Source: an uncultured Candidatus Saccharibacteria bacterium (GTDB lineage Bacteria > Patescibacteriota > Minisyncoccia > Phycocordibacterales > UBA918). Taken from it: a stretch of 64,000 nt of DNA. The stretch lies in assembly GCA_964350735.1 (NCBI GenBank), contig CAYGKO010000004.1, forward strand, positions 83,583-147,582, written 5' to 3'. The position numbers and the translations under genes were made by a program. The notes beneath the pieces were generated by a model. That model searched no databases. It saw only the letters and a list, made by a program, of their open reading frames with translations, and was not told the DNA's origin. Shown in pieces: positions 58,278 to 64,000 of this stretch; positions within the stretch are counted from its first letter, which is position 1, and every line of letters starts with the position of its first letter.

Positions 58278-59459
58278 ATGGAAATGAAAATTCTGAGCAT
58301 CGAAACATCAGCTGATGAGTCAGCGGTGAGCATCGTCGAGACAGACGGTGAATTTCCAACTGCCACCTACACACTCCTTGGTAATTCCTTGCGGACCCAA
58401 ATCGAAATGCACCGTGAGTACGGGGGTATCTTCCCGGCTATGGCACGCCGTGAACACGCCAAGGCCCTCGTGCCACTCTTGCAACACTGTCTCGAAGAGG
58501 CAGAGATGCTGGAAGTGGAAAGTCAAGAAATAACTTCAACCGACCGGGAGCACATCCAATCCATCTTGGACCGCGAACCAGATATGACCAAGGTATTTTT
58601 AGAACTTGTCGAGAACCACGCCCGTCCGGAGATCGACCTGATCGCGGTCACGAGCGGTCCTGGCTTGGAGCCTGCCCTCTGGGTTGGCGTCAGCTTCGCC
58701 AAAGCCCTGGCCCATATGTGGAATATTCCAGTGGTCCCCGTGAATCACATGGAGGGCCATATCCTAGCGTCGGTTTTTGATGTGGAAGAAGATGATCAGC
58801 TAGCGCAAATTGAATTCCCTACGCTGTCGCTCCTAATTTCCGGTGGCCACACGGAGCTGATCCTCATGAAAAACTGGGGTCAGTATAAAAAGATCGGCCA
58901 GACTCGTGATGACGCCGTCGGTGAAGCCTTTGATAAAGTTGCTCGCTTGATGGGACTGCCGTATCCGGGCGGCCCCGAGATTGGTAAGCTGGCGAGCAAA
59001 GCTCGCCAGCAAAATCTTCCCCCTTTCAAAGATGATCTCCCTCGGCCAATGCTGCACAGCAAAGACTTCGACTTTTCATTTTCTGGTCTCAAGACCGCTG
59101 TCCGCTACGCCATTGAAGGCAAGGAACTAACTGAAATTGACCAGATGGCTATCGCCCGGGACTTTGAAGACGCCGTCACCGAGGTGCTCTTAAAGAAAAC
59201 CGCGGCCGCTGTGGATGAGTATGGTATTCAGACGGTCATCGTCGGTGGCGGCGTCAGCGCCAGTACCTATATCCGCCAACAATTCAATGCTGGCTTTCTC
59301 GAGTCACACCCCGACCTCCAGATCTACTTCCCCACCCCCGGCCTCTCAACCGACAATTCCATCATGATTGCTTTAGCTGGCCACGCCAAAGCCGACGGAC
59401 GCCTCAGCCCCCAAGGCGCGATCGATTCAATCCGAGCAGATGGAAATAAATCTCTTTAA
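58278..59459 (+). CDS. tsaD: tRNA N6-adenosine threonylcarbamoyltransferase
   Basis: IETSADE, GPGL, VNHMEGH, SGGHT, DDAVGEAFDKVAR, FSFSGLKT, TDN. Confidence 0.95.
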   Translation: MEMKILSIETSADESAVSIVETDGEFPTATYTLLGNSLRTQIEMHREYGGIFPAMARREHAKALVPLLQHCLEEAEMLEVESQEITSTDREHIQSILDREPDMTKVFLELVENHARPEIDLIAVTSGPGLEPALWVGVSFAKALAHMWNIPVVPVNHMEGHILASVFDVEEDDQLAQIEFPTLSLLISGGHTELILMKNWGQYKKIGQTRDDAVGEAFDKVARLMGLPYPGGPEIGKLASKARQQNLPPFKDDLPRPMLHSKDFDFSFSGLKTAVRYAIEGKELTEIDQMAIARDFEDAVTEVLLKKTAAAVDEYGIQTVIVGGGVSASTYIRQQFNAGFLESHPDLQIYFPTPGLSTDNSIMIALAGHAKADGRLSPQGAIDSIRADGNKSL

Positions 59460-59476
59460 AGACAGACGGGGATCAC

Positions 59477-60082
59477 TCACTCTTGCGAAACCACTTTTTT
59501 CTTTCCTGACACTTGCCCAAACACCAACTCAGGGAGTGGAATGTCTGAGAAATTTGGATCAACTTTTTTAGCTATTATGCCTAATATACTACCACCCGTT
59601 TCTTTTCGACCGACAATTTTAGAATTAATGTCACCTCCTTCAAACCCAAGGGTTATATGAAAATCTTTTTCCTGCAAACCAAGCGAATTTCTAAATGTAT
59701 CGAGCGCTGGAATATCAAGCGTCACAAAACAAGTTCTCCGAGACATATCTGCTGGACGTAGTTCCGACTGAGAAGCACCATCAATATAGCCAATACCTGT
59801 CACCTCAACACCATCACCAGCCCGTATTGATCTACCTATCTCGTGCAGATCTTCAAACTGTTCGTCAGTTATATGCTGAAAAACTCGCCCCTCGTGTGGG
59901 GAGATGATTGTGAGATGGGCCCCTTCTGCTCGAGACTGCATAGCAGTCCCTAACTTTGCATTTACTGCCGCCAACGTGCCCGAAAAATCTGTTGCTACTT
60001 CTAAGGACAAAGTCGCCAGCTCAGACAGCCGCTCTTTAGTGAGCATTTCTGCATGAGCAGGCTTTCTATACGATTCATCCAT
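59477..60082 (-). CDS. 2H phosphoesterase-like protein
   Basis: Two HxT motifs: AHLTII and FHITLGF. Confidence 0.75.
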   Translation of the reverse strand: MDESYRKPAHAEMLTKERLSELATLSLEVATDFSGTLAAVNAKLGTAMQSRAEGAHLTIISPHEGRVFQHITDEQFEDLHEIGRSIRAGDGVEVTGIGYIDGASQSELRPADMSRRTCFVTLDIPALDTFRNSLGLQEKDFHITLGFEGGDINSKIVGRKETGGSILGIIAKKVDPNFSDIPLPELVFGQVSGKKKVVSQE

Positions 60083-60199
60083 GTATCTAGTATACAAAAT
60101 ATAAAGTCCACATTCATCCATGTGAGCAAACTTCTTAAAAATTTACAATAAGAAAACGCGTAACGAGTGCATTTTCTCATCCCATACTGGGAATGCACG

Positions 60200-60694
60200 T
60201 TACGCGTTATGGAGCTTTGTAGACAGGCAGCTTTTGCCCATCAGTGCGACAGGGTTTTCCCCTTCTTCCAGCTCAGTGCCTGTCCATTTTTGAACTTCTC
60301 TCAAAACGACAGTCCGCCCATCTGAAAGCGTCATCGTGATTTCAAAAATCGACTCTGATAGATAGTTTGTTTCTTGTGGATCAGCTGGATCCGGCTCAGA
60401 TGTTCGATCTGGTTCTTTGACGCACTTAACATCAATAGCGGCGACCAGTTCGTTACTATCGAACAAACTCAGCAGAAAACCAATCTGCAAAGCATCACCT
60501 GTCCGGTGATATCCCTTTTTATGAGGACTGAATACTTCTCCGTCGATTTCCATTGATACGATGTCGACGGCAAAATCATTAGCTTCCCCGTGCATATCAA
60601 TGTAATCAGCAGACCAGTAGAACGGGTCCCTGTCTCCAGCAGTACTGTAGACCATTGCCGTGTGTTTGATTTGCATTTCTGCCTCCTTCGGCAT
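60200..60694 (-). CDS. Hypothetical protein
   Basis: 164-aa ORF; AAGGAGG precedes the second Met, which may be the true start. Confidence 0.6.
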   Translation of the reverse strand: MPKEAEMQIKHTAMVYSTAGDRDPFYWSADYIDMHGEANDFAVDIVSMEIDGEVFSPHKKGYHRTGDALQIGFLLSLFDSNELVAAIDVKCVKEPDRTSEPDPADPQETNYLSESIFEITMTLSDGRTVVLREVQKWTGTELEEGENPVALMGKSCLSTKLHNA

Positions 60695-60901
60695 TATTTG
60701 TTACATTTTGAAAGACCATGTTTTGGCTTTGGTCGTAAGCCATACAGCTGTCCTTACCTCAAAGGCCTAGGGTGCTGTTTGAGCCTTCAAGATTTGGCTC
60801 AGATAAACTACTTATATTATAACATATTTTAAGTAAAAATCAAGTATATTACTTACAATATTCTTTATATACAGTCGATTCCATGCTACGATTCGCCTAC
60901 T

Positions 60902-63112
60902 ATGAGCGACCAAAAACCAAGTATCCCAGAGGTATTTTTACAACCATACAATCCAGAGGCGCACGAGGATAAACTCTACGCCATGTGGGAAGAATCAGGC
61001 TTTTTTAATCCTGATGTGTGTATCGAAAAAGGAGTGACTGACAAAGACGCTGAACCGTTTTCGATCGTGCTCCCTCCTCCGAATGTTACCGGCACCCTGC
61101 ACATGGGACACGCTAGTATGCTCGCTATCGAGGATATTTTGGTACGTCATCATCGGATGGCCGGGAAGAAAGCCCTCTGGATCCCTGGTACCGACAGCGC
61201 TGCGCTCGCCACCCAAAGTAAAGTCGAAGGGATTATCTACAAAAAAGAAAAGCTCCGTCGGACTGATATTGGTCGCGAAGCCCTCCTTGAACGGATCGAC
61301 GAGTTTGTGGAAGAAAGCAAGAACACCATCATCAATCAAACTAAGAAGATGGGCTCTAGCCTCGATTGGTCGCGCTACGCCTTCACCATGGACGAACCAC
61401 GCTACGCCGCCGTGATGGAAGCCTTCATCCGCATGTACAACGACGGACTTATCTATCGCGGCGCGCGGAGCGTGAACTGGGACCCGGCGATGCAGACTAC
61501 TGTGTCAGACGACGAAGTCGTTTACGAAGAAACCAACAGCCCCTTTTATTATTTCAAATACGGCCCCTTCACTATCGGAACCGTACGACCCGAAACTAAG
61601 TTCGGTGACAAGTACGTCGTGATGCACCCTGATGATGCTCGTTACGCTGAATATACCCACGGCCAGCAAATCGAAGTTGCATGGATTAACGGTCCAATCA
61701 CCGCCACCATCATTAAGGACGAAGCGGCTGATCCGGAAATGGGCTCTGGTGTGATGACGATTACCCCGTGGCATAGCGCGATCGACTTTGAGATCGCTGA
61801 GCGGCACGGACTTGATAAAGAACCAGTGATCGATGAACGCGGTCTCCTGCTTGATATTGCCGGAGAATTTGCCGGCCAACACATCAAAAAAGCTCGCGCG
61901 GCGATTGTAGAGAAGATGCGTGAGAAAGGCTTAGTTGAGAAAGTCGAAGAAGACTATGTGAACAAAGTCGCCACCAACGAACGCGGTGGTGGAGTCATCG
62001 AACCCCAGATCAAATCACAGTGGTGGATCGACGTGAACAAAGCGTTTGCCATGGGTCCAAGTGAAATTCCTGGCATTACTGAAGGCGATACCGTTACCCT
62101 CAAACAACTCATGATCAAAACCATCGAAGCTGGTGGGACCGAAATCATGCCCGAGCGTTACGAACGCGTCTACTACAACTGGATCAACAACCTGCACGAC
62201 TGGTGTATCTCACGGCAGATTTGGTACGGACACCGGATCCCCGCCTGGTTTAAGGATGACGAAGTTAAAGTACAAGTCGAATCTCCAGGCGACGGTTGGG
62301 AACAAGACTCCGACACGCTTGATACCTGGTTCTCTTCTGGTTTGTGGACCATGTCGACCCTGGGCTGGCCAAACGAGACAAATGACTTCAAAACCTACCA
62401 CCCTACCGCCGTCCTCGAAACTGGCTACGATATTCTCTTTTTCTGGGTCGCCCGCATGATTCTGATGACTACCTACCTCACTGGGCAGGTGCCGTTTAAG
62501 AACGTCTACCTCCACGGCCTGGTGCGTGACAATAACGGCAAGAAGATGAGTAAAAGTCTCGGGAATATTATTGATCCGCTCGATATGATCGCTAAGTACG
62601 GTACCGACGCCACGCGCCTCTCACTCATCGCTGGCGCTGCTCCTGGTAATGACCTTGCCTTGGGCGAAGACAAGATCAAAGCCTACAAGAAGTTTGCCAA
62701 CAAACTCTGGAACATCACCCGCTTTACCCTTGAGAACACTACCGACTACACTAGTGCCGACTACACCGCAGCCGATGAAAAATACGAAGCTGAACACCTA
62801 CGTCCAACTATAGAGGCTGTGACTAAAGACATCGAAGACTTCCGACTTGATCTCGCCGCCGACAAGCTCTATCACTTCGTCTGGGATCATTTCGCGAGTG
62901 AAATGATCGAGGAGTCGAAGCCGCTCTTACAAAGCGACGATGCGGCAGTGAAAGCCTCACGCCAACGACTATTGACCGAATACCTCACCACCTCACTCAA
63001 GCTCCTGCATCCCTTCATGCCGTTTGTGACCGAGACCATCTGGCAAGAGCTCCCCAAAGAAATGAAAGATCAGGATATATTGATGGTCGCCAAGTGGCCA
63101 GAAACAAAATAG
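60902..63112 (+). CDS. valS: Valine-tRNA ligase
   Basis: PPPNVTGTLHMGH, DWCISRQIWYGHRIP, LDTWFSS, KMSKS. Confidence 0.97.
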   Translation: MSDQKPSIPEVFLQPYNPEAHEDKLYAMWEESGFFNPDVCIEKGVTDKDAEPFSIVLPPPNVTGTLHMGHASMLAIEDILVRHHRMAGKKALWIPGTDSAALATQSKVEGIIYKKEKLRRTDIGREALLERIDEFVEESKNTIINQTKKMGSSLDWSRYAFTMDEPRYAAVMEAFIRMYNDGLIYRGARSVNWDPAMQTTVSDDEVVYEETNSPFYYFKYGPFTIGTVRPETKFGDKYVVMHPDDARYAEYTHGQQIEVAWINGPITATIIKDEAADPEMGSGVMTITPWHSAIDFEIAERHGLDKEPVIDERGLLLDIAGEFAGQHIKKARAAIVEKMREKGLVEKVEEDYVNKVATNERGGGVIEPQIKSQWWIDVNKAFAMGPSEIPGITEGDTVTLKQLMIKTIEAGGTEIMPERYERVYYNWINNLHDWCISRQIWYGHRIPAWFKDDEVKVQVESPGDGWEQDSDTLDTWFSSGLWTMSTLGWPNETNDFKTYHPTAVLETGYDILFFWVARMILMTTYLTGQVPFKNVYLHGLVRDNNGKKMSKSLGNIIDPLDMIAKYGTDATRLSLIAGAAPGNDLALGEDKIKAYKKFANKLWNITRFTLENTTDYTSADYTAADEKYEAEHLRPTIEAVTKDIEDFRLDLAADKLYHFVWDHFASEMIEESKPLLQSDDAAVKASRQRLLTEYLTTSLKLLHPFMPFVTETIWQELPKEMKDQDILMVAKWPETK

Positions 63113-63238
63113 TGAAGCTACACAAACAAAAGACCGGTAGATTCTGCGAATCCGCCGGTCTTTTGTTTGACTTTTCCTACTACAAAACCTATATTTGATC
63201 TTAGTTTGGTATAAGAAAAAGCGAGAGGGGTTTCACTG

Positions 63239-63655
63239 ATGGATTGCAAATCTGAAACACTGGTATCAAATATCATCTACGCCGGTGACGGCACCATTGC
63301 ATTCACTACTGAATATGGTGAAGAAATGTCTGTCCGTGGAAGACTTGAACTGTATACGCACGGAAACCCAGACACTGACCTTGTTCCAAGCGGAAAATCT
63401 CGCATTGAGATTGAGCGTAATGGCTTTGTCTACTCTTATGAACTACGTTTTGCTGGAGAAGACGGTGTGCTTACAGAAGTCATCATTCCTTTTGAGCCAG
63501 GTTATGAAGTTCTCGAAATAAATGCGAGCTTTGCGACGCTCTGGTGTCCTGAAAAACGCACTGAATACTTCTTACTCCGGGAGCTTGGGCATCCTTGGAA
63601 TGAAATCGAATTAACTGGTCGAGTTGAGCACGAGTTAATGCACCTTAAAATCTAG
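63239..63655 (+). CDS. Hypothetical protein
   Basis: 138-aa ORF with TTGACT promoter-like box, GAGGGG RBS and downstream hairpin. Confidence 0.6.
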   Translation: MDCKSETLVSNIIYAGDGTIAFTTEYGEEMSVRGRLELYTHGNPDTDLVPSGKSRIEIERNGFVYSYELRFAGEDGVLTEVIIPFEPGYEVLEINASFATLWCPEKRTEYFLLRELGHPWNEIELTGRVEHELMHLKI

Positions 63656-63789
63656 CGCTTGACTAAACCGTCACTAATAATGTCTGTCCGTCCGGACCGC
63701 GAAACGTTCGTGGTACGGGCGTTTTTCGTCTCCCCAGACTGGCGCTGGCGGAGCGCTCGCCCCGCCAGCGGCTTGGTACAATAGACGCA

Positions 63790-64000
63790 GTGGAATCTAC
63801 TCACTTTGCGATCGCGTTCGTTGCCGGCCTGATACCCGCCTTATTTTGGCTGTGGTTTTGGCTCCGTGAAGACAAAGCCCGACCTGAACCCTATGGACTC
63901 ATCGCCCTGGCGTTTATCGCCGGCATGATGGTCGTCCCACTTGCCCTTCCTCTCCAGAAACTGGCCTGCGATCTCTTCCAGGGCGGCATCTGCCACCCGC
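63790..64000 (+). CDS. PrsW-family intramembrane protease (3'-truncated by window edge)
   Basis: GTG start; GLIPALFWLWFWLREDKARPEP..LAFIAG N-terminal signature. Confidence 0.75.
   Translation, partial: MESTHFAIAFVAGLIPALFWLWFWLREDKARPEPYGLIALAFIAGMMVVPLALPLQKLACDLFQGGICHP

Noticed and set aside
6234-63655. Integron cassette array formed by the orphan genes
   Set aside because: Genes are dispersed, downstream hairpins look like intrinsic terminators without attC RYYYAAC/GTTRRRY ends, and there is no integrase
1-64000. Alternative genetic code 25 or prophage
   Set aside because: Conserved genes are full length under code 11 and miaA ends at TGA; no phage structural, terminase or integrase genes seen

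Overview
Bacterial chromosome segment using genetic code 11 (TGA is a stop; tRNA-Trp CCA is present). Gene content and style point to a Patescibacteria/CPR genome, probably Parcubacteria (inference): IF2 without its N-domain, ValRS without the C-terminal coiled coil, a short RelA/SpoT, tRNAs without encoded CCA, many TrbC/VirB2-like pilin genes, and core genes mostly lacking Shine-Dalgarno sites. The housekeeping backbone is topA, relA/spoT, parB, miaA, clpB, a cysteine desulfurase, infB-rbfA, trhO, gyrA, rpsA, pth, lepB, rpsU, ybeY, ftsA-ftsZ, a TrxB-family reductase, glmS, tsaC, thrC, tsaD, valS and 9 tRNAs. Most notable: (1) an operon at 7469-10445 in which VirB2/TrbC-type pilin domains are fused to predicted peptidoglycan hydrolases (a lytic transglycosylase-like domain and a Zn-peptidase M15-like domain), plus a second array of five pilin genes around an orphan sugar-binding protein and a methyltransferase, together a candidate surface system for attaching to and breaching host cell walls; (2) a dispersed family of structured intergenic repeats sharing a covarying ACAG-stem-GTA hairpin and GC-GNA-GC mini-hairpins, associated with tRNA and gene 3'-end duplications; (3) many -10 boxes sitting 6-9 nt before start codons (leaderless mRNAs), contrasting with SD-led orphan genes; (4) a degenerate HisRS paralogue, a kinase-thrC pair resembling eukaryotic THNSL1, and an HTH-LAGLIDADG-like gene abutting tRNA-Val. 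All product calls come from motif recognition by eye; no database searches were run.
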